DNA of 64,000 nt from Octopus sinensis (GCF_006345805.1 NC_042997.1:56730001-56794000); one strand, 5' to 3'. Shown: positions 1 to 14,179, counted from the stretch's first letter. Numbers and translations are program-made. The notes: generated by a model from the letters alone, not told the origin.

Positions 1-550
1 ATAGAGGAGATACATGGTTACCTGGTCAGAGAGAGAGAGAGATCAAAATTGAGGACAGAAACAGATGTGTTACTGTAGAGGAGATACAGGGTTAGCCAGT
101 CAGAGTGAGAGAGCAAGCGGGTGCAGGGGAGAGATGGGTAAAGAGCCAGGACATACTTACAAAGAACATTTGTCATTCAACATCTATTTTCCTTACCGGC
201 AAGATTTGGATGGTTTGACAGGAGCTGGCAAGGCCGAAGCCATACCAGAGTCAATTGTGTTTTGGCATGGCTCCTACAATTGGTTGCCCTTCCCAATGCT
301 AACCACTTTTACAGAATGTACTTGGTGCTTTTTACATGGCACCAGCAAGACAAAAAACCCTCAACTGGGGGGGGGGGTAGTACTGAGAGATAAGGTGGCT
401 TTCTGCCAGTCGAAAGATTAAAGGTAGGGACAGAGATGGGTGCCTTGCTATAGGGTAGATACATGGATACCCCAGCTGGAAAAGAAAGGAGAATGAGTTA
501 GAGAGTAAGATAAAGAGAGTGATAGTGAGAGAGATGGTGATGAAGATGTG

Positions 551-745
551 TTTAGACATCATCATCATCATCGTTTAACGTCCGCTTTCCATGCTAGCAT
601 GGGTTGGACGGTTCAACTGGGGTATGGGAAGCCAGAAGGCTGCACCAGGCCCAGTCTGATCTGGCAGTGTTTCTACAGCTGGATGCCCTTCCTAACGCCA
701 ACCACTGTGAGTGTAGAGGGTGCTTTTTACGTGCCACCGGCAAGA
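551..745 (-). mobile_element. RTE LINE 3' tail fragment
   Basis: (CAT)n followed by cgtttaacgtccgctttccatgctagcatgggttggacgg..., the reverse complement of the 3' end of the RTE at 50.9-51.08 kb. Confidence 0.85.
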
Positions 746-1326
746 GAGGTTTATACTGGGTAAGTGGGCAGGACAGAGGTGACTGTAGCAAATGAAGAAG
801 GGAAATATAGGAGAAGCTCAGGGGCAGGGGTTTTGGTGAGGTTATTGGAGGTGATAGCAGATAAGTGAGGTGTTAATGATGGAGAGCAGTACAGAAGAGA
901 GAAGACACAGAAAGAAGGTGATTGGTGAAGACAATAGGCAGGGAAATATAATGGGAAATGGAAGTGGTTCGGGGAGAGGGAAGAAAGGTGACTGAAAAAG
1001 CAGGGATATGTAGCATGTACCTATTCTGCTCTCAGGTGATAAAGAAGTGATGGATGCTAAGGGATGAAACATGTGGAGGGGGGATGTTTGATGGTGCAGA
1101 GGAAATGGAGGTGGGGATGAGGCCAAACCAAGGTAGTTTTATTATATAAAGTCTCATATGTTCTTCTCCTTTGGCATTTATTTAATTTCATATATATACT
1201 CTGTACTCAAATTTTTATTCTGAAGCATATTTATATTGAGTTCTAACACCAGAGTATTATCACCATGTGAATAATACTAACATCTCTCTCTCTCACACAC
1301 ACACACATACATATACATACCAGTAT

Positions 1327-1370
<44 letters not shown>

Positions 1371-2408
1371 TAGGATATAACTCCCCGAAGGTCATCTTTA
1401 AAACACTAATTAGCAAGCAGTAACAAGAATAGTAGGATAAGAGAATGTAAAATTGCTTCATATTTATGAGGCTAAAAGTGCAAAAGATTACACAAAAATA
1501 TCAACAACATCCATCCTTATCTGACAATGCATTTGCTTCATTTGCCATGAACTAAATTCAGACACGTTTCTGATAATTACATAATACACACAACAAGAGA
1601 AAGCAATATATGCTGAGTTCTCAGAATATTATGTTCAAGGGCAATAGTATTTCCAGAAGAAATGCTTCACAACATTTCTACCCTACGAATATCCTAGTAC
1701 AAAACTCAAAGGGATAAATTTCATTTTTCATTTCCACCCCATTAATAAAGTAAGCACTAAGAATACACCAGAGTTAATTTGGCAATACTCCAACCTTTAA
1801 AATAAGTTGGCTTTATGCCTTTTAAACATCAGTGGTGGAACAAACAATAGTAGTGTGTTGGATTAAATGCATTACAGTATCTCGTGATATCCTCCTCAGT
1901 CCCAAGATAAAACAAATAGTTGTTATATTCAAGTTGATTCCATCTAACACTTCCCACCTCTACAAATCTAATGAGGTAAAATGAGTTTGAAACATGTCTA
2001 TTGCTTATACCAGTTAGCCTTGAAGACTAGATCCACTCAAATCTGTATTATTAATACTATCTCAAAAATATCAATCAAAACTACAACTGGCAGTAATTTC
2101 TAAATTAGTAGTAAAATAAATTTCTTATACTGGTATAAGACACCATATTTCAAGAAAAAAGGAAACGAGACTGTGTTATGATCAAACTTCTCTTGTGGAC
2201 ATTAAATTTAAGGAGAGTTGATGATGTTTCATTAAAAGTAGTAATGTTGATGGTGGCAATAGGAGAGAGAGTGGGTATGTGAGAGAAAGAGGGAAATGAT
2301 GTACAACTTCCCTGAACTAAAATTCCTGTGGCCAGCATAATGAACCAACTACTGAACACTATCATTTTTGTTTTATTTTTTGCTGTAATACATACATACA
2401 AATATATA

Positions 2409-2462
<54 letters not shown>

Positions 2463-3670
2463 CAGTTTCCCCAAAATTAAACATATCTAATATAATAAAT
2501 GAGAAATGTCAGTGTGTCACACTTTTCAACTTAACTCCTAGAGGCCATAGCCCAACTTATACCATTTTGTAATCAGGCTGACTCCTTGAGTAAATTAAAA
2601 ACATTCCAGGTCGAATCCAGACCTGCAATCCTGAAATTTTGGATTCCTATGTTTTCATTACTGCAACTGCTTTCAGCGATATTTTTTACATGATTTTTAG
2701 CGATGAATATGATCATTGGGATATGAATCTGGAAGCAATTGCAACAAATTCTCCCAAACAAATCAGAGATCTATTTGTAGATCTTCCCATTTGGGATTAG
2801 TTACTTAAAAGCCACATACTAGTGGCTTTTAAGCTAGCCTTGTATACATTTAAAAACCCTACTCCCACCTCCAAAAGTCTGAATGGCTAAGTTTATCAAC
2901 AAATACTTACAGAATCAAAAACTGACCATTTTTTGAGTATCATTTATTTATTAATTAGCACAAAATAGTACAGAACCTATAGTGAACTCAGTCAGTGACT
3001 GAGACTTCAACTCTGATTCCTACCCACTCCCATTCATAGGTACCTCTGATCACATAAAGTCATGCAATTGGCTATTACACAATTAGTATTATTTGATAAA
3101 TTTTGTGTCTCAAGCTTTCATGGCACTATTTTGCCATTCAAAACTGCAAAACAACACACAAAGGAGAACATTAAATGAAATTTAATCACTCAAATTCAAG
3201 GAAAATTAGTGCTGGTCTACATTGATAAGGTTGTTGCTTGTATCTTTAAAAAATGAATATCTACTATCTCATTTTACATTCCCTAAATGAGCTAATGAGG
3301 AAGCATCTGTGTTACCACCTGACCTGCCTGAAATAGCAGCCAACGCACATTCATATCATACTCTACTTGCCTTCAAGAAAGAAAGGAAGGACATAGTGGA
3401 TAATGTAGTCCTAAAAATGTAATGCCTATGAAAAAGGTAGGATGGTCATGACTGAAATGTCTGACCATACATTTGCTTGATTAGTTTGATACAATAACAA
3501 CAACTGAAGATCACACTGGATAATGCAATCTTAGACACAGTATGTCTTAGAAAAAATGTGGTAGTCACAGATGGAATGGTTTAAATTATACGACGGGACC
3601 ACACAACTAATATACCTCACTTTAGCTTTTTACTAATGTTATAATATAATTTGAATACAAATTACATTCA

Positions 3671-4169
3671 TTAACCCTTTTGTTTCCACATTTCTGTTAA
3701 AATACACTGCCTTTATCACAGTTAATTTTGAAAATATCAAAGATTTTAAAAATAACTTTGTTAGTCATTATTAAGCTAGCAGAAATTAACAAGGAATTTT
3801 GAGAGATGGTTTTAATTTCATCATCATCATCATTTAGCGTCTGCTTTCCATGCTAGCATGGGTTAGATGGTTTGACTGAAACTGGTAAGCTGGAGGACTG
3901 CACCAGATTCCAATTTGATTTGGCATGGTTTTGAGGGCTGGATGCCCTTCCTAACACCAACCACACAGAGTGTAATGGATGCTTTTTATGTGCCACCAGC
4001 ACAGGTGCCAGTTATGTAACACCAGCATCAGCCAGAACAATGATTTCACTTGGCTTAGCAAGTCTTCTCAAGCACTGCATATTGCTAAGATCTTGGATAA
4101 CTTTAAAATAGAAAATTAATATCAGAGAACCATAGATAGTCTCAGGTGGATTAGGATCAAAAGGGTTAA
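3671..4169. mobile_element. piggyBac-type MITE interrupted by an RTE 3' tail (about 3820-4100)
   Basis: TTAA-CCCTTTTG ... CAAAAGGG-TTAA ends (TTAA target duplication and CCCT termini). Confidence 0.7.
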
Positions 4170-4699
4170 CATTTTTTTTTTCATTTCTGTTTCACAAGCT
4201 CCATTAACTTATCCATTCAATAAAGAACTAAAGACCAAGAAAGGTAGCAATGACCATTATTTCATTTGCTCTATATATATAAATATATTAGTTCATTTAA
4301 TGTCAAACCTATGCCTGCATGGATTTGAGTGAAATCTGTTCGCAGCAGGATTTTACGGCTGGGCAATTTTCCTGTAGCCAACCCATACCTGTATTTTGAG
4401 TAAGGGATTTTATATTCAACTCAAAATTATTGAGTGATAATAATATCAACAAGGATTGTAAGCATCTTTCATGTATATTCACACACACACACACACAGAT
4501 TTCCATCATCTTCCGTGTATGTGTGTGTTTATATCCTCTTGTCTTCACATAATGCTATATTTGTAAATGAGCATCATCGTCATACAAACAGTGTCACTCA
4601 ATTCCAATCTTCTGTAAAAATGCCAAGCCATAGGGAAATATTACTTTGCTTGGAAACAGATGAAGGTTGGTGACTGGAGGGGCATTCACTCATAGTGAT

Positions 4700-5330
4700 C
4701 AAATCTTTAAATGATTACATGGCAAAAATTAAGCAATCGCCTAATGCACATATCCTTGCAGACAAAACAAAGAACATTTATGAAACAAGCATTCCCACAA
4801 ATACAAGAATCTTCACAAATATGATTACCAAGACATACAGAAAACTTGCACCTCCACATTCAATGACATAAATACAGAGGCAAAAAAAGCTAGCTATCTG
4901 CCTTAATATAGAGGATCATGTGAACTGCTGCCCACCCCCATTTACACTTAAGGACCATAAACTGAATTTCCTCTCCAACCCTAAATGCAGGTTGATCAAC
5001 CCCTCTAAAAGTGAAATAGGTATTGTCAGTAAATGCATTTTTGATACTATCAACTCTGACATTGGAAGGGCTACAGGGTTGATTCAATGAGATTCCAGTG
5101 CAACTATGATTGACTGGTTCTGCAGTATCAAGAATAAATCAGCCTGCAGATTCAGAGTTTGACATCATAGACTTTTACTTTTCTATATTGAAACCCCTCC
5201 TGAAGGCTCTTAATTTTGCTAAGCATTTCACCAGTATAAGTGATCTCAATGTCAGAATCATCATGAACACCAGAAAGACAATCCTGGTTCATGACAATTC
5301 CTTCTGGGTAAAGAAAGAGGGCCATCCACT
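4700..5330 (+). mobile_element. Degraded Penelope-like (Neptune-type) reverse transcriptase fragment
   Basis: Broken frames give ADKTKNIYE, FTLKDHKLNFLSNPKCRLINPSKSEIGIVSK and DIIDFYFSILKPLLKALNFAKHFTSISD..IIMNTRKTILVHDNSFWVKK, typical of the PLE RT N-terminal half. Confidence 0.75.
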
Positions 5331-5349
5331 TACTACCAGAACTAGAGAA

Positions 5350-6490
5350 GAAATTTCAGGTATGGGAGCACAGACTGGAATCGAAGGGCCACAGAGTTAA
5401 TTTAACAACAATAAAAGTATTGATAAGTAGGAAAACAAACAAATCACAGATCCCTTCAAGGAGACATCCTTGCTTGATATGTAGAAATGGTGCCAGGAGA
5501 AACTCCATCAGGTACGAGCTATGGACACATAGGAGGTGCAGTGGTATCACTGGAAGACTAGCAGAGAAAGTAGTCTTTACATGTGACAGATGTGTGGGTA
5601 CATTATACACCAGTAATGTACAAAAATAGATTCCCTCAAATGTCATGGGGATCCTTAGAAGTAGTAGATAGTTTCTGTTACTTAGGTGACCAAGTTAGTA
5701 GTGGTGGAGGTTGTTCTGAAAACATAGATGCTAGAATAAGAATAGGCTGGGATAAGTTCAGAGAGCTACTACCTCTGATAGTAATGAAGGGCCTGGCCTC
5801 TCTTTCAGAGTGAAAGGCAGATTGTATGATGCTTGTGTATGAACAACTATGCTCCATGACAGTGACACATGGGCTGTGACTATTGAAGATGTGCAAAGGC
5901 TTGAAAGAAATGAAGCCAGTATGCTCCAACAGATGGGTAATGTCAGTGTGCATATACGACAGAGTGTAAGTAACTTGCGAGAATAACTGGGTGTACAAGG
6001 CATCAGATGTAGCATGCAAGAGAGAAGACTGAGCTGATATGGCCATGTAATGCATATGATTGAAGACAGCTGCATCAAGAGGTGTCAATCTCAAATTGTA
6101 GAGGGAGCATGTGGAATGAAGTGGTGTGAAAGGATCTATGGATGTTGGGATTCACAGAAAGAATGACAGGGGACTGGGGCTCCTGGCGGTTTGCTATGAT
6201 TGAGAAGACTTGTCAAGCTATGTAAAAACATGGTTGCCCTTGCATACAGACTTATCCCCTGCAGCCTTCTCCAGCTTGGGGACTCATTGCTGCTGGTGCC
6301 ACATAAAAAGCACCCAGGCCGGTGCTGCATAAAAGCATCCAGTACACTTTGTAAAGTGGTTGGTGTTAGGAAGAGCATCCAACCATAGAAACCATGCCAA
6401 AACAGACATAGAGCTTGGACAGCTCTTCAGCTGGCCAGCACCTGTCAAACTGTTCAACCCATGCCAGCATGGAAAACGGATGTTAAATGA
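5350..6490 (+). mobile_element. 5'-truncated degraded RTE LINE with 3' tail
   Basis: HPCLICRNGARRNSIRYELWTHRRC, DSFCYLGDQVSSGGG and KFRELLPL are homologous to the 47-51 kb RTE. It ends in the shared tail. Confidence 0.85.
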
Positions 6491-6509
6491 TGTGTGTGTA
6501 TGTATGTAT

Positions 6510-6750
6510 CATCATCGTTTAACGTCCGTTTTCCGCGCTAGCACGGGTTGGACGGTTCGACTGGGGTCTGGGAAGCCAGGGGCTGCACCAGGCTCCAGTC
6601 TGATCAGGCAGAGTTTCTACAGCTGGATGCCCTTCCTAACGCCAACCACTCCGCGAGTGTAGTGGGTGCTTTTTACGTGCCACCTGCAGTGGTGCCAGGG
6701 GAGTCCGGCATCGACCACGATTGGTTGGTGCTTTTAACGTGCCACCGGCA
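6510..6750 (-). mobile_element. RTE 3' tail, tail-to-tail with the preceding copy
   Basis: catcatcgtttaacgtccgttttcc... is the young-type tail in reverse orientation. Confidence 0.85.
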
Positions 6751-7345
6751 CAGGGTGTCCCAAAAGTTACTGGTGGGTTTCAATTTTTAATAACTTCCGT
6801 AACTTTACAATGCACCCGTGCTCTCTCCAAAACTTGCACCATAACACCCTCAAGAGTTTCAGACCCTACTTCTCTGATTTCTCTATTGATGTTCTCTTTC
6901 AGTTGCACCAGGGTCTCTGGTTTGTTGATGTAAACCGTCTCTTTCAGGTATCCCCACAAGAAAAAATCTGGGCTAGTAAAGTCTGGAGAATGTGAAGGCC
7001 AGTTGACATTGCTGTAGCAGGAGATTATTATCTCTCCAAGGCACTGCCATAGCAACTGCATTGTTTCTCTTGCAGTAGAAGCAGTTGCCCCATCTTGCTG
7101 GAACCATGTGTGAGGTCTACTTTGAATGGCCTTCATGTTCCCCAGCTTGACTAGCCCAGATTTTTTTTTCATGGGGATACCTGAAAGAGTAACAAACTGG
7201 AGACCCTGGTGCAACTGAAGGAGAACATCAATAGAAAAATCAGAGAAGTGGGGTCTGAAACTCTTGAGAGTGTTATAGTCCAAGTTTTGGAAAGAGCACA
7301 GGAGTGTGAAACTGAAAATGGCTGCCATTTAACCCTTTTGTTACG
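6751..7345. mobile_element. Tc1/mariner-superfamily transposase 3' fragments in inverted arrangement
   Basis: TIR-like CAGGGTGTCCCAAAAGT at 6751. WFQQDGATASTARET and WPSHSPDFTSPDFFLWGYLKETVY on the minus strand. About 6810-6970 is an inverted, diverged copy of 7150-7310. Confidence 0.75.
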
Positions 7346-7894
7346 AACTCAGCTGAAACCGGCTCAGACTCATGTCCTGTTTTCATATTTTGAATTAAAA
7401 TCTTCCACTAGTCACAATTTATGTTCCTAACACTAGCTGAATGATAACTAAGTTATTTTACAAAATTCTTTGTTATATTTAAAGTAATTGAAAGAAATAC
7501 AGAGCATCTCAAAATAAATACCCAATGTGCCATGCAGATATATATGACCACTTCCACCCACTTTTTCTAACCATTCTCTCCCCAACTCTTGCAACCATTA
7601 CTCCACTTCTCGATTCTTCTGTCACCACACATTCTCTTACTTAGATTCTTGGACATATTATCTTAAGTATATGCTTTGACCTGACCATCATTTTTATCTT
7701 TCTGGATTCATTCTACCCACCCTAAACACCCATAAATAATGCTGGGTAGCCTTGGATCTCCACTTACTCAACCCACCCTGCTGTACTGCTTTTCACTCTT
7801 TCACCAACTAAAGACCACTGAGACTGCTCTTCCTCTTTCCCTTTTATTACTCCTTTTCCTAACACAACAATAAACTTTCTCTTTCCATCATATT

Positions 7895-8111
7895 TTAATC
7901 CTTTAGCATTCAGATTTCTGTAAATGTAACACTTATTTATTCACATCGATAAAAATTAGCCATGCTAATGTAGCTCTGAGATTTCAGTGATGTGATAATT
8001 TTTAGAAAAATATTGTGGGGTAAGTGTGAGAGACCAGATCTGACCAGTTTGAAAATGAAACAGGTAGATTACTTTGACCAAATATGGCCAGTTTAAATGC
8101 TAAAGGGTTAA
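7895..8111. mobile_element. piggyBac-type MITE family A, copy 1
   Basis: TTAA-tCCTTTAGCATT ... AATGCTAAAGGG-TTAA, with a body shared with the copies at 10149, 11031 and 13381. Confidence 0.8.
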
Positions 8112-8199
8112 ATTCTCAGCACTTCATCTAGTGGTCATCTCTTCTATTATTAACCCTTTCAATTGCAGGGGTGGGGGCAGTCCTTTTTATTCTTGTAAG

Positions 8200-9420
8200 T
8201 TACAAGGCAACCTCACTAGTACTGGTGGCATGTAAGAAACACCCAGAATGCCCTACAAAATGGCTGGTTTTAAGGAAGAGCATCCAATGGTAGAAACCAT
8301 GCCAAAACTGAAAAATTGGAACAAGATGCTATCCTCTGATCTGTTGGACCCAGTCAAACTGTGCAAACCATACCAAATGGAAAAAGGACATAGAATGATG
8401 ATGATGGTGTGTGTGTCTCCACGCTCACATGCTTTCATTAACTAGACGGAATTCACAGAGGCAAAATTTCTACAATCAGATTCCTTTCATTAGCCCACAA
8501 CTGTTACCAAGCAAGATAATATTTCCCCTTAGCTAGACATGTTTTTCAAAGAAAATAAGAAATAGACATTGCTTAGACAATCATCATCATCGATTAATGT
8601 CTGTTTTCCATGCTGGCATGGGCTGCATGGTTTGACTGAGGTCTGGAGGGCAAGCAGCTGCACCAGGCTCCAATCTGATCTGGCAATGTTTCTACAGCTG
8701 TATGCCCTTCTTAACACCAACCACTCCGAGAGTCTAGTGGGTGCTTTTTACATGCCACCGGCACAGGAGCCAGTAAGGCAAGCCTGGCAACAAATACGTT
8801 CGGATGGTGCTTTTCACATGCCACTGGCACAGGAGCCAGTCAGGGGTACTGGTATTGGTCATGATTGGTTGGTGCTTTTTACAGGAGCCAGTTGGGCAGA
8901 CCTGGCATTAACCATGTTCGTATGGTGCTTTTTATGTGCCATTGTCATGGGAAACTGGCTCCAGCTACGATATTGGTTTTACTTGACTCAGCAGGTTTTC
9001 TCAAGCAGATCATATTGCCCGACGCATCAGAAGTATTCTTCTCCTGGTATGTGATGGAATCTGTTTCGGTACATCTTCAGTGTTTATTGCCCCAGTGCAT
9101 CTGCCACACACAAAAACTATTTTCCTGGTTAACTTACCTTTGATATTGTTGCGCCTTTTATGTGTCCATAGCTTACACTGGGTACATTGTATGGAGTTTC
9201 TACCCACACCATTTCTACAGATTGAGCAGGGCCATTTACCTGAAGGGGGTTGTGATTTGACAGCCTTCCTACTTACTAAGACTTTAGTTTTGGTTAGGTT
9301 AACCCTAAGGCTCTTCGATTCTAGACCTTGCTTCTATACTCTAAACTTCGTCTCCAGTTCTGGCAGTGACTCAGCTATTAGAGCAAGGTCATTAGCATAG
9401 AGGAGCTCCCTACAACTATC
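8200..9420. mobile_element. RTE 3' tail (+, about 8200-8405) and truncated RTE (-, about 8580-9420), tail-to-tail
   Basis: The shared tail motif occurs in both orientations. Minus-strand GRNSIQCTQCKLWTHKRR and ELLYANDLALIAES-like RT residues are present. Confidence 0.8.
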
Positions 9421-10148
9421 ACATGCTGTTGAAACAAGGAGACACATGATCGCACACACATACACAATGGGCTTCTTTCAATTTCTGCCTACAAATTCAA
9501 TCACAAGGTTTCAGCTGTCCTGTGGCCAAAATAGAAGACACTTGGAAAAAGTGTCACGGTGCCACACCTCGAACAGGATATGTGTGAAGCAAGCTTCCAA
9601 TCTGTACAGTGTGACTACACACACACATGTATATATGTATTCAACAATTAAACTTTTAAAAATCATGCTATTCACTTAACAACATATCCTTTTAGAAAAC
9701 TACAAAAGAATACTTTACAATGGAAATCATAAATAGAATATTTTCTTAATTCAATGACTTCTAATTGTAATTTATTTTGAACTGAAAGGTTATGACATTT
9801 GTGAGTCAAGGACAACTTCAGCCAAACAATTCATATACAAATAAAAAAAATACATGCTATGGTTGGCATGGCAAGTGTAAAATTTAGAACAGCCTTAATC
9901 TAAATTGAATAATATACTAGGTTATCTTTCTCACTCTATCTATCTAATTCCAGCTTATATATTATAGCTGTTTCTTTCAGAGGTAAACTATCTGCAGTGT
10001 AAGTATTAGCATAAAAAAGATCTTATAAATACTGCATAGTTTTCTTTGAAGTCACATTATGTACCTTTCCCTAACAAACATTATCCTCAAGCTACAGTTC
10101 ATTATAATGTTGTTGAGAGATCTATAAGAAATAGCAACCAAATTTCCC

Positions 10149-10373
10149 TTAACCTTTTAGCATTCAGATTATTCTATCAAACACAATGCTTATTGATTCA
10201 CATTGTTTTGAATCAATCATGCATTATCTCATATCCCTGAGATTTCAATGGTGTGATTGTTTAATGTAGAATAACATTATAGGGTAGGTGTGAGTCTGGA
10301 TCTGGTCAGTTTCAACATAAAACAAGTGGAATATTTTGGCCAGATATGGCCAGTTTAAATGCCTAAAGGTTAA
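10149..10373. mobile_element. piggyBac-type MITE family A, copy 2
   Basis: TTAA-CCTTTTAGCATT ... AATGCCTAAAGG-TTAA. Confidence 0.8.
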
Positions 10374-10538
10374 TCCACATGCCTCCATTATCAAAAAGGA
10401 TATTCTATTTGACAGGCAGCAGGAGTAACCAGTTTGACATTAATTTTAAAAGTTTGTATTCAAATATTCATAAACAACTACTTGTGTTAGTACAGAACAA
10501 AAGATGAAAGTAGAAAATGGCTTTCCATGAGTAATTAC

Positions 10539-10691
10539 CATAAATGGAGTTTGGTGTCCAAGAGCAAGAAGACGCAACCCTAGTCCATGGAGAATATTTA
10601 TCATTCCAGATACACCAGCATATTTTCCAAAGGCAACCAACCTTTGACCTTTACTGTCTAATATTCTTTCATAATCAATGAGACGAATATT
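10539..10691 (-). CDS. AASS: AASS third coding exon
   Basis: cttgtaatttctag|[51 protein letters not shown]|gtaatt. 153 nt, phase 0/0. The expected next exon (HIG..HNYRNS..) was not found in 1-10538, so the gene continues beyond the window. Confidence 0.95.
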
Positions 10692-11030
10692 CTAGAAATT
10701 ACAAGAAAATGGAAATTTATCAAAAAGAAATAATTAAAAATATAATATGAAATAATAAAGATATCCCAATGACTTTGTGGGTTACTGGTCTTACTTTAAA
10801 ACTGTAATCCCTAGCAAGTAGAAATAGCTTTATTTCAGAGAAAGATGAATGGTTTAACCAATTGATAGAAGCACTTTTATGAGCAGTAAGAATTATATTT
10901 ACAATAGAGACAAATGATGAATTAATTTTACTTTTATATGAAATGATAATTAATTTATTTGCTTCTTCATAAAGTAGAAATAACTTAAAACAGAAGGTAA
11001 TGTTATTCAATTTGGGGAGTAAATAATTAT

Positions 11031-11257
11031 TTATCCCTTTAGCAATCACATTATTCTATCAAAAGTAGTGCTTATTTATTCATATTATTTTGAATTAATC
11101 ATGCATTTTCATGTAGCTATGAGATTTTGATGAGGTAACTGTTAATTTCTAGAATGATATTGTAGGGTTGGTGTGAGAGGCCAGATCTGGCCAGTTTGAG
11201 CTTAAAACAGGTACAATATTTTGCCGGATAGAACCGGTTTAAATGCTGAAGGGTTAA
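11031..11257. mobile_element. piggyBac-type MITE family A, copy 3 (in the short AASS intron)
   Basis: TTAT-CCCTTTAGCAAT ... AATGCTGAAGGG-TTAA. Confidence 0.8.
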
Positions 11258-11295
11258 AAATTTGAGTTCTTGAAGTTGCAATTTAAAAAAATTAC

Positions 11296-11472
11296 CTTTT
11301 CTAAAAGAGCATCCAAGAGAGGCATATTTTCTTCCTGAGCTTTGATAGTATGTGAGAAGAAAGCATATGTCTTATCTGGCAAAAGTAAATCTATTGGAAT
11401 CTGTTTCACACCAAGAATCAAGCTAGCCTCATTGATTTCTTCTTGGTAGTCAGCACCAGCCTGTACATATTC
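11296..11472 (-). CDS. AASS: AASS second coding exon (not in the ORF track)
   Basis: ttttttctttag|[59 protein letters not shown]|gtaatt. 177 nt, phase 0/0, with the AASS motifs LILGVK and [12 protein letters not shown]. Confidence 0.95.
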
Positions 11473-12119
11473 CTAAAGAAAAAACAAACAAATATTTGAT
11501 GTTGCATAATTACATAAATGAATTAATGAATGCATGTATTTTCCTGTAACATGGAGTGTATGTAGATTAAAATGTTATTCATTAATCACAATTTTAAATC
11601 TAATCTTAGCAATGTGATCAAAGAGTGATTGCTATGATGCTTGGTACTAGCACATATTACATAAAAAATAGCATTAATATTAGATGTTATGCTTAATGAA
11701 AGAATGTAACAACTACAATGTCATTCAAGCAATGTGGCCTAAATTCACAACTCCAGCACTTTAATCACAAAGCTGTTGTGAAATGCACACACACACACAC
11801 ACACACACACATGGATCAAAGCACACATTTACAAACAAACAAAAAGTGAGGTGGGTAGCTCATGTTCTTTATATTCCAGTTCATGGCTAAATAAGGATAA
11901 TATTGCGAATCTTTATCATCACCATCATCATTTAACATCTGTATTTCATACTGGATATGTTCAACAATTCAGTAGAATCTGAATAGCCAAAGGACTGCAT
12001 TGAGCTCCAATGCTTGCTTTGGCATGGTTTCAACAGCATAATGTCCTTCCTAATGCCAACTATTTTACAGAGTGTACTTGATGGGTTTTTTTTTTCACAG
12101 TACCAGCACTAGTGAGGTC

Positions 12120-13375
12120 ACTATGTTAGTTGTAAAACAAGACCCCTTAACAGAGTGGGGTTAGGATATTGAAAGAGAGGGCTTTGTGCAGAGTGTTGAG
12201 AGACTAAGAGGGACAGAAACTGGTGCCTTGCTGTAGAGGAGATACATAGCTACTTCAATAGGAAAGGTGTCAGGACATACCCTCAAGACATGAGATGAAT
12301 GAAAATAGAATAGGGATACAGAATCAAAGATAGTTGGTTAGGGAAGTTTGTAAGAGAGTGAAAGGAGAGTGACAGATGGTAGAGATAAAGATAGAAGTGA
12401 ATGGTGAATATGGTGGGGCAGATGCATTGCATCTTACAGAAGTATCTCCTACCACAGCTGCAGGTGAACCAAAGCCTTGTAAGTGGATTTGGTAGACAGA
12501 AAATGAAAGATATCCATTATGATTGTGTGGGGAGGAGGGGGAGAGAGAAAGAGATAATATGTTTGTATCACCTTGTCTTGACATCATGTTATAGTTTGCT
12601 ATCATACATGTGGTGTTATTCATTTCTAATATTCTGTAAAATCATGTCTGGCAATGGGGAGATTTGTGTTTTGAGAGAGATTTGGCTACTTTTCTAGTTG
12701 GTCAAGGAATATTATAGAAACTCCATCCTTGTCTTACTGTTGTATAATGAAGGCTACTTCCCATGATGATGACAATCTTTGGAATACAGTTCAATGTAGA
12801 ATATGTAAGGAGTAAAGGCATTTTTTGTGCTTTGCTGGGTCTAGAAGGGCAGTGAATGTGACATTTGCAGATCCCTCATGACCGATGAGATTGATGCCAT
12901 TAACATTCTACTTAAACTATGGCAAGTCAATACTGTAGAAAAGGAGTTCTGGAGGACCAAGATTTTGAGGAGAAAGTACTAGGTATAGTAGTTAGTGTAG
13001 AACTGGGAGAGAGGTAGAACTGGGAGAGGGGAGGTGAGGTGTTTGAGTGGCAGTGTGAGTGTTTGAGTAGAGGTAGCACAAGAATAGCCAGCTCCAGGGA
13101 ACAGAGGTTATTATAAGTAGCATTAGAGAAAGCAGAGAGAAGAAACAGAAAGTCTACTTACTAGAGGTTGGAGTGTCTCTAAGTGAGTTTATGGCAATGA
13201 GTTGGTATACAGTCTAGGATGGCTGTGTGTGGTGCAACAACAGCATCCCAGATGTAGGGGAAATACTCTCTTGTGGGCTATACTTAGTAGAGTGTCAGTA
13301 ACTGTTGAGAGGGTGGGGGTCTGAAGTATTTTCTGATTTAGAAGAGAAGGGTCAATCTTTGGGACGTAGACCTAG
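12120..13375 (-). mobile_element. Old, highly degraded LINE-like sequence
   Basis: Purine-rich segments shared with 1-500 (ctgtagaggagataca) and faint APE-like residues. No open frame. Confidence 0.35.
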
Positions 13376-13380
13376 CTATG

Positions 13381-13608
13381 TTAACCCTTTAGCATTCAGA
13401 TTATCTTGTCAAATGCATTGTTTATTTATTCACATTGTTTGGAATTCATCATGCATTATCTCATAGCTTTGAAATTTTGATGATATGATTGATTATTTTT
13501 AGAATGACATTGTAAAATAGGTGTGAGAGTTCAGATCCAGCTGATTTGGACATAAAACAGGTAGAATATTTGAGCCTGATATGGCCAATTTAAATGCTAA
13601 AGGGTTAA
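13381..13608. mobile_element. piggyBac-type MITE family A, copy 4
   Basis: TTAA-CCCTTTAGCATT ... AATGCTAAAGGG-TTAA, with intact TIRs and TSD. Confidence 0.85.
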
Positions 13609-14134
13609 GGTACTTTCATTAGGAAAGATCTTTGGTAAAAGCAATGCCTAATATTTGGAGTGACTGCAAGAGTTACAGCTGTGTACTACTCATACTTCAA
13701 GGGAATGTGGTGTGATAATGTCTTTTTGATATGAGTGATACTCATGCATTTTAATGCCATTAAAAGAGACATTGGCATGGCCCAAATGAAAGGTGTTTTT
13801 TCAGGTCTCTGCTTATGGAGGTTTGACACAAGTATCAATGATGCATGGCTGGGGAAAGTTAGGGAAGAACGAAGGGTCATTTCATCTGCATAAAAATGGA
13901 TGTGATAGTAAGTAGGTTACTGATGTATAGAAAGAAGAGAATGGAGAATAAATCAGAACCCTGGGGGTATGCAACACAAAAGCTAGAAAACACCATTATT
14001 AATGGCTGTTTCCATTACTCTTGAGTAGTGATTGTAATAGGATGATAGTTGGCAAGGTCAGGGAGTTGTCTTTCTTGAGAATAGGACACACTGTAATTCC
14101 AAAAGGTCAGCAAATATCATGAGTGAGTGAGTGA

Positions 14135-14179
<45 letters not shown>

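Noticed and set aside
1-10538. Further AASS exons (HIG..HNYRNS, FTGxGNVS)
   Set aside because: No matching minus-strand peptide was found by eye. ORFs at 2150-2401, 2573-2761 and 4890-5087 do not resemble AASS.
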